64,000 nt of DNA from Plasmodiophora brassicae (taxonomy: Eukaryota): contig CP145426.1 in NCBI GenBank assembly GCA_036867785.1, forward strand, positions 1 through 64,000, written 5' to 3'. Made by a program: the position numbers and the translations under genes. Positions 21,914 to 34,919 of the stretch are shown in pieces; within the stretch, counting starts at the first letter, position 1, and every line of letters starts with the position of its first letter. Under the pieces are notes generated by a model that searched no databases, had not been told where the DNA came from, and saw nothing but the letters and a program-made list of their open reading frames with translations.

Positions 21914-22831
21914 GTCACCCGTCCAACGCAGAACGGGACGACGAGGGTTGCCGGGCGAACGTTGCCGTAGGTGCGGGGCGCGCGCGCACACCGCCACGCT
22001 ATCCGGCACCAACACGGACGGAAGTGTGGGCGCTCGGCGCCACCAACGGCTCCACATACCGGTACGGTGCATTCTACTGAAGACGCCGCCCGCTACGTAC
22101 CTACCAGCTGCGTGTGCCCGGGATCCTTCGGACCTCAGGCATCAACACCAGCACGTGTACACAATCGCGTGCAAACAGGAGCCCGCGAACACGGCTTCTG
22201 ACCGCGTAGCCTGTCGCCGGACAGTTCTTCGAAAGTGCCAATGACGTGGTGACATGCGGTCGAGACATCGTCCGCGTTGGAGATGATGATGAATGGCACC
22301 AGTGTAGTAAGCCGTCCGCGTCCACGTTTCCCGAAACCGTCGCTGCAAGCAGAGGACGGGCTGGCAAACAACAAAGTGAAGTGTTCACCTGGACCATCAG
22401 TCGACGTCCGATCGAGAGGCAGCTCGAAATAAACGCCGCGTTGAAATGCTGCTCGTTCTGGCTCCCTGGAACGTGTGTTGTGCGAGGGTCGGGACCTCGG
22501 GGGAGGGAGGGGGCAGACAGGCAACGCGTACCAGGACAGGGAGAGGGGGGGGGGGGGGGGACCAGGACGGGGCAAAGTCCGAAGAGTCCGCGCGCGTTGC
22601 GGCGTTTTCCGTGGGTGGCCGGTCGCCGGGGCGGACGCCCGACCGCCCGTAAGCCCCGATTGGATGCCGACCGCCACACACCGTCATTCCGTTTAGTCCA
22701 GCGGACCCGTCTCGCACTACGCCGACAGACAGCTGCGCTCACGTGCGCGCGCTCCTGCACGTTTCGCGTCCCGTGCCCGTGACGCGTTGCACCGGCCGGG
22801 GTCGCGGCATCCTCGCTGCGCGCATCGCTCC

Positions 22832-25800
22832 ATGATCACGGATATCGACATGACACTGTCGATCGCGCCCGCACCTGATGCGTCGTCCATCGATGAAACG
22901 CGCGACGACATTCTCCGTCTGTATCGAGAGATGCCGGACGGGCGTCCAGGTAGCGCTGCATGATACGAAGATGCATCCGGCGTTTGACTCGTCGGTGGTG
23001 TCATCAGGCGACACCTGGTACCTTATCGATGCAGCATGGTGGTCCGCGAGCATTCTTAAACGGCTGCCACCCGCCCGTCTCACCAATGCCCGCATACTGC
23101 AACGGTCGGGCGCGCTCAAGCCCGAACTCATGGAAGGTTGGTCCTGTCGTTCCGTGTGCTGGCTGGGCGCTCCCGCTCACGGGCCCTGCACAGGTGTGTC
23201 GAACGACTACGTTATCGTTAACGATGTCGTCTGGAGGAAGCTGCAGCAGAAGTTCGATGTGGCACCAGAGGCGCACACGGCCAGGAAGGCGATTGCTGAC
23301 CACACCGGGGCGACCACCGTTGAGGTGTACCCGATGGCGTTCCGCGTCTGTACCTGCAATCGTGTTGGCAAGCTCAGGCGCACGCTCGACAGCAGTGTCG
23401 ACAGCGGCGTCGTGTCGCTCGACGAGGACGACGGAGTCGACAAGCAGGCCGCCTGGACCCAGGTCAAGTTCAGCCGCAAGCACCGCGTCCAGCACGTCAT
23501 TCGCAGGATCATGTCCCAGCTTCGGATCGATATGAGACGCGAATGTCGCTGGTGGCGCAGGGCGACGTACGTATGCCGTCGTTGGACTTTAGATTGCGCA
23601 CTGACCTGCCTGCCTGCAGGGCGGCAGCACCATGGCAGCGCATTGACCTGAACCAGATCGACCGGGACGATGTCACCCTGGACGAGATCGACGTTGCGCA
23701 TAACGACTTCATCATGGTCGAACCGCGTAACCCTGATGGTGGTGCCGCGCTGCTGGCACCGCTGTCTGCGTCTGATGCCTGGGCAGATTCGTGGCCGACA
23801 GGTGCGCCCGACAGCCCGCCCGTCGTCCACCGTGCCCGGTTCGAGGTCGGCGACGCAGTCGAGCTGTGGCTACCTCCCCAGGGGTGGCTGACGGCCAAGA
23901 TCGTCGCCGTCAACGACGACGTTGGCGGAATGGTATCTGAGAAGGCTCGCGTGCACAGCACGGTTCTCTGAGAGCCAACTGACGAGTCGCTCCCATGCTA
24001 CAGCTTGACGTGCAGCCCGATGAGATGCCGTCCAATTACATGAAGCGTGTCGCGTTTGATTCCCCCGACATCAGGGAGCCGGGTGCGGGTTCCAGGAGCC
24101 CTCCTCGTCATCCTGCAACGTCGTCCGCTGACCCTGCGCCGACGGCAACAGCAACGCCGTCGTCCCCGTCATCGTCGTCGTCGAACGGGAGCGCATCGGG
24201 GCGGAAACGGGCGCTGTCCAGCGAGGCGTATGCCCCGCCGGCCACCAAGTCGTCTGTGACGTTGCCGTTTCGCGGCCCCGGCATCAAGGGATTGGTGAAC
24301 CTGGGCAACACCTGCTTCATGGCGTCGACGCTGCAGTGCCTGAACCGGACGATGCCCTTCACCGAGTACTTCCTCGACGGGTCGTACCTGGCCGACCTGA
24401 ACACGGGCAACCCGTTGGGGATGGGCGGCGAACTCGCCAAAGAGTACGCCGCTCTGATTCGACAGATCTGGATGCCGCCCTCCCTGTCGAGTCGGCCCAC
24501 GATCGAGCCGTTCGGCATCAAGCGCGTCATCTCGAAGCACGCGCCCATGTTCTCCGGGTACCGGCAGCACGATTCGCAGGAGTTGCTGGCGTTCCTGCTC
24601 GACGGCCTGCACGAGGACCTCAACCGGGTCACCGTCAAGCCGTACATTGCCACGGTCGACAGCGATGGCCGACCCGATGACGTTGTCGCCGCCGAATCCT
24701 GGCGGATGCACCTGGCTCGCAACCGGTCCGTCGTTGTCGACCTGTTCCAGGGCCAGCTCCGGTCCACGGTCGTGTGCCCGGTCTGCGATCGCGTCTCTGT
24801 CACGTTCGGTGTGTTTCGCATCGGGGTTTGCCGATCGGTTAGATGGCCACGCTGACCATGGGCGCTTGCGTGCCAGATCCAATGATGTACCTGTCGCTGC
24901 CGCTGACGGCGTTTGGCGTCACGACTATCCAGGTCACCATCGTCCGGATGGACGTGCGCATCCCTCCCGCTCGCCGCACGATGGAGCTCCCGAAGAACGG
25001 GACGATTGCGAACCTGGCGGCCGCGGTCGCCGGCCAGATTGGCGTGGCCGACGCGCAGGTCGTCATCACCGAGATCTACCAGCACGACTACCACAAGACG
25101 TTCGCACCGCACGAGAAGCTGTCCAGCATCATGCCCAGCGACCTGGTGTTTGCCTACGAGTGCCCGGCCGATCGTGACGACTTCGACGTGCTCTGGGCGG
25201 TCAACTACCACGTGGACCGTTACGCCGCCGGGTCGTCCAAGTTCGCCTACCCCCGCCCGCTGTTCGTCGAGCGCACCGCCACGCTCTCCAAGGGTGCCCT
25301 CCGCCTGAAGATCCTGGCCGACATCTGCACGCCGCTCTGCAAGCCTGGGACGGCGCTGCCGCTGGACGAGGCTCAGGTACGCGCCGCGTGCAACGCGTTG
25401 GTGCTGTGTGGGCGCGCCCCAACGTTCTGACGGCTGCCCCCAGGTCGAGCTCGTCAGTCGGGCGCAGTACAACGCGTCCCGATGCGTCCTGGACGAATCC
25501 GACTCCACCGACCACCGGGTGGATCGCATCCCAAACCCGGGCATTCGCGTGCATTGGTCGGCGCATGCGGTCGCGTCGCTGTACGACCCGGCGAACAACG
25601 CCCTGGGCCGGTACGCGCCTTCGCACGGGTCGTCGTCGTCGTCGGGTCCGCGGGCCATGTCGTTGGAGGATTGCATCCAGCTGTTCACGGCCCAGGAGAC
25701 GCTGTCGGCCGACGACCCGTGGTTCTGCTCCCGGTGCAAGGAGTTCCGGCAGGCGACGAAGAAGTTCGACCTGTGGCGCCTGCCCAAGATCCTCATCGTG

Positions 25801-26184
25801 CACCTGAAACGATTCCAGTACACGACCTGGAGCCGCAGCAAGCTGGACCTGCCGGTCACGTACCCCATCGAAGGGCTGGACCTTTCCGAGTAAGCGTCGC
25901 CGGGCTGGCTGGCATCCGCCGCCGTCTCCTCCGTCCCGATGTGACCTGGCCGTGTCTTGTCGCACAGGTTCGTCCAGGGTCCGCGTGATGGCACGCCCGC
26001 GATCTACGACCTGTATGCCATCTCGAACCATTACGGCGGGTACGGCGGCGGGCACTACACGGCCCTGGGGCGGTGCGACGGCGGCCAGTGGTACGCGTTC
26101 GACGACGCGATGACCCGCCCGGTGGGCGCCTCCGAGCTGACCACGCGTGCCGCATACGTCCTGTTCTACGAGCGGCGCGATTAG
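22832..26184 (+). CDS. Ubiquitin-specific protease, USP4/11/15-like with N-terminal DUSP domain
   Basis: [10 protein letters not shown] and VEVYP (DUSP); [52 protein letters not shown] and AYVLFY. Confidence 0.94.
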
Positions 26185-26427
26185 CGTCCCGCACCGACAG
26201 GGCGGTGTCGGCCGCCGCTAGCCGACGTCCGCGTGTGTGCCGGCCGACCCGGGATCGAGGTTGCCCCCGCTGCTGCTGCTGCTGCTGTTGTTGCCACCTC
26301 ACACAGCGGCTGCCGCCGCCGCCGCCTCCTCCCGTGTGGAATACATGAGTGCATTGGTTAGCGCAGGCCGACCACGTGTGCGTGTGTCGGACGTGCACGC
26401 TGCGGGCGATGCATGGGTCGTCGTCGT

Positions 26428-27089
26428 CTAGTCGAACGCGATCATGTCCTCCTCGAAGCGGTGCGACGCGGGATCTACAGATCGTGAAAGGGAATCAGGA
26501 CGAGCGCCCGCGGCGGGTGTGCACACAGCGACCGGTTTCGGAGATCGACCCCAGGTCGGGTTCGAAGTCAGACGACGCGCGCCGCAGTCGGACAACGTCC
26601 TGCGGGCAGGCGCGCACGGTTACGAACGCGGGCGACCGAATCGGACAGGGCACATCCGACCTTGACGTCGTCGGGCATGTGCTCCGTGGCCGCGTTGCGC
26701 ACGTCGCTCGGCGTTAACGGCGACTGCGAGCGACCGCTGTCGTGGGGCGACGCGTGCACACACATCACTACCGGATGCACACGACGCGGTACATGCCGGG
26801 TACGTACGTGAGCGACCATCGGCGTCCGGCATTCGTCAGGGCTACACGCACGCGTCAGACGACTCAGCGGACCGGTGGCGGGGGCGGCAGCGCCGACATG
26901 CCTTCGGCGCGGCTGACCAGGTACTTCTGGTACCTGGCGGCGAACTGGCTGGCGGCCGTCGACCGCAGGGTGTCCGGCGTCCCGTCGCGCACGAGCGGCG
27001 CCAGGTTCAGCATCTCGGCCAGGAACGGGAACGCGGGCGCCGCCGTCGCACAGCCCTCGCGGGAGTCGAGCGACCCGCGCCGGCTCATG
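26428..27089 (-). CDS. Hypothetical spliced protein
   Basis: Coding-like segments (LAEMLNLAPLVRDG..., DPASHRFEEDMIAFD*); exon structure unresolved. Confidence 0.3.
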
Positions 27090-27260
27090 CTGTCTCTCTC
27101 TCTCGCTCTGTCTCTCTGCGACTCGAACACGCGGCCGCGACGCGCGCGCGGTGGCAATGCGCGCGGTCCGGGCGCGGGCGCGTCGGGAGCGGCCCCGGCC
27201 CGCGCCGAACGACCCACTGCGGCGGGTCGTCCGTCCGGCGACGTCATCGCCCCTCCGCAC

Positions 27261-28560
27261 ATGTCGCCGCCGCCTCGTCGGTGCCCGCCCTGGCTGCCCA
27301 TCCTGGTGGTCGCCAGCCTGGTCCTGTCGCTGCAGTTGACGTACCAGGCGGCCAGCACGTTCCCGGTGGCCCGGCGCGGCGAACCGCCTCAGCAGCAGGG
27401 CGGCGGCGTCGGCCCCCGCTTCTCCATCGTCTGCCGGATGTACTCGGGGACGGCGCCGGAATGGTGGCAGGCGTTCGTCGTCGGCCACCAGCTGTTCTGG
27501 CCGCGCGCCTGGACCAACTCGGACGTCGTCGTCGTCCTCGACGCCGAGTCGCCGCGCGACTGGCGCGTCGCCTCCGTCCTGTCGCGCCTGCCGCCGTTCC
27601 CCGCCGTCGTCTTCGAGGCGAAACCCGGACCCGGCGTCCTGTGCGCCTCGTTCCGCTCCGAGGGGTACTGCCGGCAGATGTACTCGAACTTCTTCGCCGA
27701 CCGCCAGACCGAGGCCGACTTTGTCGGCTTCGTCGACAGCGACACGATGTTCATCACGCCCGTCGCCGTCGCCGACCTGTTCGTCGGGGGCAAGCCGCGC
27801 GTCAGCGCCTACAACGGCTGCTGCACCGGGTGGAACTCGCCGATCGAGCGCGCCATCGGTGGGAAACCCGTCGCCGAGTTCATGACGTCGTCCAGCTTCC
27901 CGTTCATCGTCCACCGGGCGCACTTCGCGCCGATGCGCGCCCACATCGCGCGCACGCTCGGCGCCGCCACGTTCGACGACGCGTTCCACACGATCTGCGC
28001 CGAGTACGGCGAACAGTACAGGCAGGGAACGGGCGTCTGGGACGGGGGCGCGCCCGCAATCTAACCGTGTGCTCTGTGTGTGTGTGCGCGCCTGTGCACA
28101 CAGCCAGTACGACCTGATGGGCCACTACCTGTGGTACGCGCACCGCGACGACTACGCGTGGCACTTCCGGGCGCCGCGCGGCCACGACGCGTTCCAGGCG
28201 GCGCAGAGCGACGACGCCGACGTGCTGGCGGCCATGCAGACGCGCCCGGCCGTCTCGCTGATGAAGATGATCGGGCACAGCGACTTCGGGTCGCTGCTGA
28301 CCGTCTGGAGCGACTACGTCTGCGTGGCGGCGAACTGGACGGCGCCCGGCTGCCCGCTGCTGGCCGCGTCGCCGCACCGGGACGCCATCGAGGACGGCGT
28401 CCACTGGAACATGTTCGTCGACTGGAACACGGTGCCCGGCGCCGCCGCCGAGCGCGGCCTGCCGCTCGGGCAGAAGCGCTTCTACCCGCGCCTCGAGACG
28501 CCCGTCGACGGCTACAAGGACCTGGCCCGGCGGCGGCAGGCGCACCCGGACCTGTGGTAA
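27261..28560 (+). CDS. Type II membrane protein, glycosyltransferase-like
   Basis: N-terminal hydrophobic anchor, DxD-like GFVDSDT, and one intron at ~28016-28103 joining to QYDLMGHYLW. Confidence 0.65.
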
Positions 28561-28930
28561 TGAACACGGTCGACGACGATGAATGGTCGCCCGCCTGCTG
28601 TAGGTTCGTCAGCCGGCCCGCCCAGGTCTGGACCGCCTGCCGGACCCACCGTACGCGCCGCCCAGCAACGTGTCGTCGGAGCCGTCGGCGACCAGCTGGC
28701 GGAGCAGGCCCGAGTGGGCGACGGCACGCGACGTGCTGACCGCGTGGTCGACGCCGTCGCGGGCGCGGAGCACGATCCCGGCGACAGCGGCACGGGCGGC
28801 CATCTCGGTTCGGCGGGCTGGGGATCGCCACCTCCTCCCCTGTCTACGAACCGGGGTCCTGTTGTGACGAACAGGAAGACATGTCCACTTCGACAGATAC
28901 GGTCGTAGTCGTTCAGGATACGTTCAGTGA

Positions 28931-30196
28931 CTAGAAGACACGGAGCCGGATCTGCTCCATGGTCAGGAACATGACCAGGTTCCAGGACCCGATGCGGGCG
29001 TAGTTGGCGACGAACCCCTTGTAGAACGCGAGAACGCCTTCGTTGCGCGCGATCTGCACGTCAACCGGCATCGTTCACCATACACACTGGGACACGCGCG
29101 GCGCCAACCCCAGCGTACCTTGAGGGCACAGTCGAGCGCGCCGTCGTACAGTTTGACGCCATCAGCGCCCGTCGTTGAATTCATGACCCTTGTCTTGATC
29201 TGCAGCGGTGAACAGTCATGGTTGGTCTCCGTTGTACACGCTCAGGTGACAACGTACCACGTCGACAGGCGAACCGACGACAGTCGCAGAAAACCCAGCC
29301 GCCAGCGCGCACCTGGACGCTCCGGTTAGTGACGGCTGGCCAGGTCACGAGCGCGCTATGCTACGTACACGACGTGGGTGACGACATCGTCCTTGAAGTA
29401 CGACGTTTCCAGGGCCATCGACTTGAACTGGTCATACGTGGCCAGCTCAGCGGCGTTGATGATGGAGTTACGGGCGATGTTGGGCAGGATGCCGGTCCAG
29501 AACCCGGCCACGCCTTCGGTCCTGGCGATCTGTCGCACCGCATCCGTCATGCCCGCGTACCGGGGCGGGGTCCCAGGCGGTAGACGGCCTTGCGCTTGCA
29601 GACGAATCTATATGGGCCGGGATATCGTGACAGCATCGGGTGCAAACGTCGACACGTTCCAGCAGCGTACCTTGATGAGGTCGACGGGGTTGGCAACGGA
29701 AATGCCAATGCAGCCCGTGGCGAGGCCAGCCGCGATACGCGTTGCCAGGCCGGTATCACCCTGCCCGATCCAGTCCCGAGTGGGGCCGTACAGACCAATA
29801 CGCAACGGCGCGTACACGATCTGACGCGCCAGCCCGGCCGACACCCTGTGCACAGAGCGCGAATAACGAACCAGGTGGGCAGACACTGCCTTGGCACAGA
29901 CCCTTTCCACAGAGACGCAGGGGATTCGTCAACGGCGATACGCGCCACCGTCTGGAATAGACCCGTGTACACGCCGCCCGATCGGCCTGCCTGGGCGATC
30001 GCGACGGCATCCATGCGTGAGCAGGCGTGACGCGTCGACGGGTGCCCATGCGGGCGCGCACCTGGATCTGCAGGCGCACCTTGGCCGTGTCGATCGGGAT
30101 GGTGGCGACCTCGGCGACGCAGGCGGCGACGCCCGACGCGCCCATCATCTGCAACATGGTCGGCGCCGGTCGACCCGCATCGCCGCCGTGCGCCAT
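28931..30196 (-). CDS. Mitochondrial carrier, uncoupling-protein-like
   Basis: PIDTAKVRLQ, PVDLIKVR, PNIARNSIINAAELATYD and RIGSWNLVMFLTMEQ. Confidence 0.92.
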
Positions 30197-30365
30197 CCAC
30201 GGGGCCTCGTCTAACCGTTGCCCCAATCACGTACCTACCTCACAGCCCGGGACGCACTCGCCAAACGACCATTAGGGCGCCGCCCATATATCACCGGGAG
30301 AGCAGTCTCGGACAGGACGACACACGCACGCACACACACGAGTGTCTTCATAGGACGACGGGATG

Positions 30366-31016
30366 TTATTTGGCTTCGCCGGCGTCCTCCATCATGGCGT
30401 CCTGGGCGGCGATGAACTTGAGGACGTCGCGCTTGCAGGTCTCCTGGATCTCGCCGGCCACGACGACCTCGTCCAGAATGTAGTACGCCTTGTGGAAGTT
30501 GAAGATCAGGTCCAGCTCGCAGACCTGGGCAGACCCCGTTCAGGACGTGGAAAGGCGCGCACCGGCCAGCGGGACGGACGTTGCCAAAGTACCGGTCGAG
30601 CGTCTCGACGTACAGTTGGATGCTCTCCAGGGCGTCCAGTTCGTTATGGAACACGTCGATCGAGCAGACGAAGTACAGCGACGCGTATCTATCATCACAG
30701 GGCGGGAGGGGCGCGCGCATGTCAGAAGGGGGGGGGGGGGGGCAGGAACGATCCGTCCGCCATCCTACCGTTTGTAGACGATCTTCTCGTCCCTCCATTC
30801 GACAACGTTGCAGGCCTTAGCGGGTCGGGACAGGACCAGGCCGGACACTTCCCGGATGAACCGCGCCTTGTCCTTCGCCGCGTACGTGTTGTACCACTTT
30901 GTCAGGCGCACCTTGCCCTGACGGGATATCAGCAGCATAAAATTGATCTGCACGGCATTCGTTCAGCCACCCTGCCGCCTGCCCGTGGAGCGCCCCCCGC
31001 TGGCCTGCCCTACCAT
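30366..31016 (-). CDS. AP-1 adaptor complex sigma subunit
   Basis: ATG-only first coding exon (intron 30948-31013), then [28 protein letters not shown] and [13 protein letters not shown]. Confidence 0.93.
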
Positions 31017-31317
31017 CGTTGACGTCCGCCCGGCTCCAGGCGACACTCGAACGACCCCGATCTGGCACTGGGAGCACCACCACCACCACCAGCGGGACGA
31101 GCAAAAACAACAACCTTTCGCGGTCCCATTTCGAGGCCGTGTTTTTGCTGGTGACGGACGGACGACTGACGACACCGCACAGTGGAGCCGTGACAGAAAT
31201 AACAGCGCCGGGCCACTGCGCAACTCGGAACGATCGGGACTAATACTACTTGACGGCACGGGGATGATTTATCACGAGAGAGCAAGATATTTCAAATGAC
31301 GTCAGCGTGCAGTGGCA

Positions 31318-31743
31318 ATGCTGGTAACTGGGTGTCGACGCAGGCTGCCGTCGTTGGGCGATGGTGGTACCAACCCTGACGACGGCGGTGCCGACGATGA
31401 CGACGCCATCGCGAATTTGCCGACGGCGAACGGCGCCGTGACCACCTTACGGAATCGGGCCGAGTTGTCAGGCGTCATCGCAGACAGGTCCATGCCGTGC
31501 GCCGTTCTGTTCATGACGACATGGTCGTCATCGGCCGCGAAACTGGCCCGGTTCTGGGCCGCCCTGGCCGCCATATCCGTTCGCGTGCGGTTCTATCAGG
31601 TCGACGTCGACCGCGCCGGGCGCATCGACCCCTCGGTCACCGGCTGCCCAACCGCCCTGTTCTATTACCAGGGCGCCCAAGTGGGGCGCATTGTCGGCGG
31701 GGATCGCGTCAAGATCGTCGAGAAGGTCGTCCTCCTGTCATAA
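31318..31743 (+). CDS. Thioredoxin-fold protein lacking the CxxC motif
   Basis: AVLFMTTWSSSA...RFYQVDVD...VTGCPTALFYYQGAQVGRIVGG matches the Trx pattern; start uncertain. Confidence 0.7.
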   Translation: MLVTGCRRRLPSLGDGGTNPDDGGADDDDAIANLPTANGAVTTLRNRAELSGVIADRSMPCAVLFMTTWSSSAAKLARFWAALAAISVRVRFYQVDVDRAGRIDPSVTGCPTALFYYQGAQVGRIVGGDRVKIVEKVVLLS

Positions 31744-32033
31744 CGCGAAGGCGTACGACGGCACAGGACCAGGTGGACAGGTCGCTACTGTAATACAATA
31801 TTATCAAACACGTCATCGCTCGCGCGCGCACCCGACGTCAATGCGACCTGCGAAGCAGCGTCGTTCGTTCGCCTGACCGATCCGCGGCGATTTGCTGCGC
31901 GACGCAACGCCGTCGCGGGCCAACCACATTGCTGCTATTAGCAGCCCGGGGCCAGGACGACCGCGGACGGATCGTAGAGACCCGGCCCCCCTGACGCATA
32001 TACTGTACGGTCGTCTATCGCCTATCGGTCCCG

Positions 32034-33169
32034 ATGGTCAATGATACGACGGCGGCAGCGCCGGCCGTCACGCCGTTCTCCGTTAAGCTCGTCTCTGGGG
32101 CCATTGGCGGGTTCGTAGGCACGGCAGGTGCGCGTCGCCCGCCCCTCCGATTGTTCAACCGCGCCGACGTATCTAACGCAGCCCACGATCCATGCAGCCA
32201 TATTCCCATTGGATTTAGTGAAGACCCGACTGCAGAACCAGACCGCGGCGTCCCCGGTCCGGTACAATGGACTGCTGGATGGCCTGAGGAAGACGTTCGC
32301 GACCGACGGCCTCACGGGCGCCTATCGGGGCCTCACGCCGAACCTCGGTATGTGCGCAGCCGGTGCACCCTCCACGAACGTACCGTTCTGACGATGCGCC
32401 TGGCCATAGTGCTCGTGCTACCCGAGAAGGCGTTAAAGCTGGCCTGCAATGCCCAGTTTCGTGAGCTTCTCGCCGACGCGCACGGCCGCGTGTCACTGCC
32501 GTGCGAGCTCCTGGCCGGAGCCCTGACGGGCATCGTGCAGTGCTCGGTGACCAACCCCATGGAGATCATCAAGATACGGTGCCAGCTGGCCGGCAGCAAA
32601 GTATCCCCGTTGACGGTAACCGCTCGCGCGTCTCTGGTCCGGTGGATGCGCTTTCTAATTCTCGAGGGATGATCACTGGCAGGTGGTCGGCGACCTGGGC
32701 GTGCGCGGCATCTACAAGGGCAGTGCCGCCACGCTGCTACGAGACGTGCCGTTCTCCATCATATTCTTCACGTTGAACTGCAAGGCGAAGGAGTGGGTCG
32801 CAGACGACAACAATCACGTGTCCATGCCGAAGACGCTTGCCCTGGGTACCATCGCCGGTGTCGTTGGCGCGGTCGCTGTCACGCCCGCCGACGTGATCAA
32901 GACGCGCCTGCAGTCGAAACCGGTTGATGGCCAAAGGCACTATGCCAGCATTGCCGACGCGTTCAAACGCGTCTTACGAGAGGAGGGCGTGAAAGCATTC
33001 TTCAAGGTACGGCCGTAACTGCCGTCGATGTCAGGCTTGTGGCTGACGGTTCCGCGTTGTTCCCGGTCAGGGCGCCACTGCACGAGGGCTTGTCGTTGGC
33101 CCATTATTCGGATTTGCCGTCTTGTCCTACGATATTTGCGAAAGGATCTACCATCGGTTTCTGAAGTGA
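32034..33169 (+). CDS. Mitochondrial carrier, glutamate or aspartate/glutamate carrier-like
   Basis: FPLDLVKTRLQ, PEKALKL, NPMEIIKIR, LLRDVPFSIIFF and TPADVIKTRLQ. Confidence 0.92.
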
Positions 33170-33299
33170 CCTAATACACCCACCATGTCTGCCCCTGACA
33201 GAGGGCCTGCTCGACACTCCACGTCTGGCCGACTACCTGGCTGTCAGCGACACTATGCCTGCAGAGCACGGGCGGCCCCTCATCAACGATGGAGGGCAT

Positions 33300-34830
33300 C
33301 ACGCCAATAGGATTCAGGGGCAGTTCAGAGGTCTACCCTATGTATCTGGTCTAATCCGGAAAGATGTTCATGGCGCGCTGGCCAGTTTCATGATGACTCG
33401 GTGAGCGACCCGCAGGATCGCATGAACGAGACGGGAAATCGGATGCGCGACAACACGGTTAGCAGGATGGGGTTCGAGCATCCGCCCCAACTATGGCCTG
33501 CCCCTGGACGCTTGTGACGGCAGCGTCCATGTAGTCATTCCAGATGTCGGCGTCCCCGGAACCTGTCGCTTTCCTCGTGAACGTTGCGTACGACGTCACC
33601 AACAGTTTGAGGCGGTGCCGTCAATGTCGTCTCCAAGCGCGATATTCGGGGCCAGATTTCGACTGACGGAATCAACCGATCGGCGGCGTAACGTCGACTC
33701 CCTACGCGACTCAAATCAAAACGACCAAGGGGAAACCCTTGTTCATACCCGGGCACAGAGACGGAAGAGTGGCAAGTGCACGTCACGCGTCCAATGAGAT
33801 GCGGTATGTTCACCAAAGGGCCATTTTCTGTTCAGGTGGATCTTACCTGCTCAACGATTCAGAGCCAGGCCGCGCCAAACGTTGCGCGTTCGTTACGTGC
33901 GCAACATTCTACTGTGCTCAAAATGAACGGGAATTGCCCGAACAATACGCTGCCAGAAAGGGTTCCACTGGAACGATGCATGACGGCAGATTTATTCGTG
34001 CTGGTCAGCCGCGGTGGGCGCGCTGCTCGAACATGCGCTTCGATGAGCTAATGGAACGAAGCGATGGTCAGTCGCCACGTGCAAACCATATACCGAGATA
34101 TACGGACTCCTTAAGCCGGGTCGCCCACTGGAACACTTGATCCATCTCCTGCAATTCCTTCTCTATTTCACCAACGTCGGCCGCCGGCGACGACAGGTCG
34201 GCGAGCGCTGCCTGGTACTGCCCGGCCTTCGCCGTGCAATTCGTGATCTTCCTGATCATGTCCATCGTCTGCGGATCAACTGGCCCGTGTCGTCAGAGCA
34301 AACGCGCGCATGAGCGCCCTACAACACACGGTACTGTGCCTACTCGAGTCTGGCGACGCGGTGCCCCGCTCGCCGGCGTCGACGTCGAGGGCGAGGCGCG
34401 CTCCCTTCACAGGGTCCACCGCCAGGTGAAGTTGCCCGGGTACCCTCAATGCCTTGCCCCTGCTGACCCGCCCCTCGTCCATACTGCGTCCCGGTGGATG
34501 ACGCGCGCTGTCCAACGTTGACACCACCGGCAGTCGTACCCCTGGCTAACGTGTGATAACCACCGGTACGGTCGCTGATCAGCTAACGCGTAGCGACTCC
34601 GCCGGTACGGCGCGTTCGTGGGTACAAGTGTATCATCGAAGAACGACGGCACCACGTTGCCGAGGGCGACGCCAGTACTACTGGATGGCTACGGTCGGCC
34701 AGCTGAACCAAAGAAAGCAGATGCAGTGGTCGTAAGGCATCCAGGCCGGCACGACGTCGGTGCGTACGTACGTATGCAGGCCAGACGCCCAGGCCAGGGC
34801 ATCTGATTCTCAGCAGTGAACAGTAAATCA
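33300..34830 (-). CDS. Probable multi-exon hypothetical gene
   Basis: Series of coding-like minus-strand segments (e.g. EIEKELQEMDQVFQWATRLKES) with splice-like boundaries; ends unresolved. Confidence 0.35.
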
Positions 34831-34919
34831 TGCGCCCTGGGTGCGATGCGGTGCGTCGCGCGCCCAAAGTCCGTGTCGCACCGGCACCGGCTGCAGACGT
34901 CGCTTCGTCGTCGACCACC

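Noticed and set aside
26270-26330. TGC/GCC microsatellites (also CT at ~27091 and GT at ~40534)
   Set aside because: Ordinary short simple repeats in UTR or intergenic DNA.
30948-31016. ATG-only first exon of AP-1 sigma as a novelty
   Set aside because: An intron directly after the start codon is a common arrangement, including in adaptor sigma genes.
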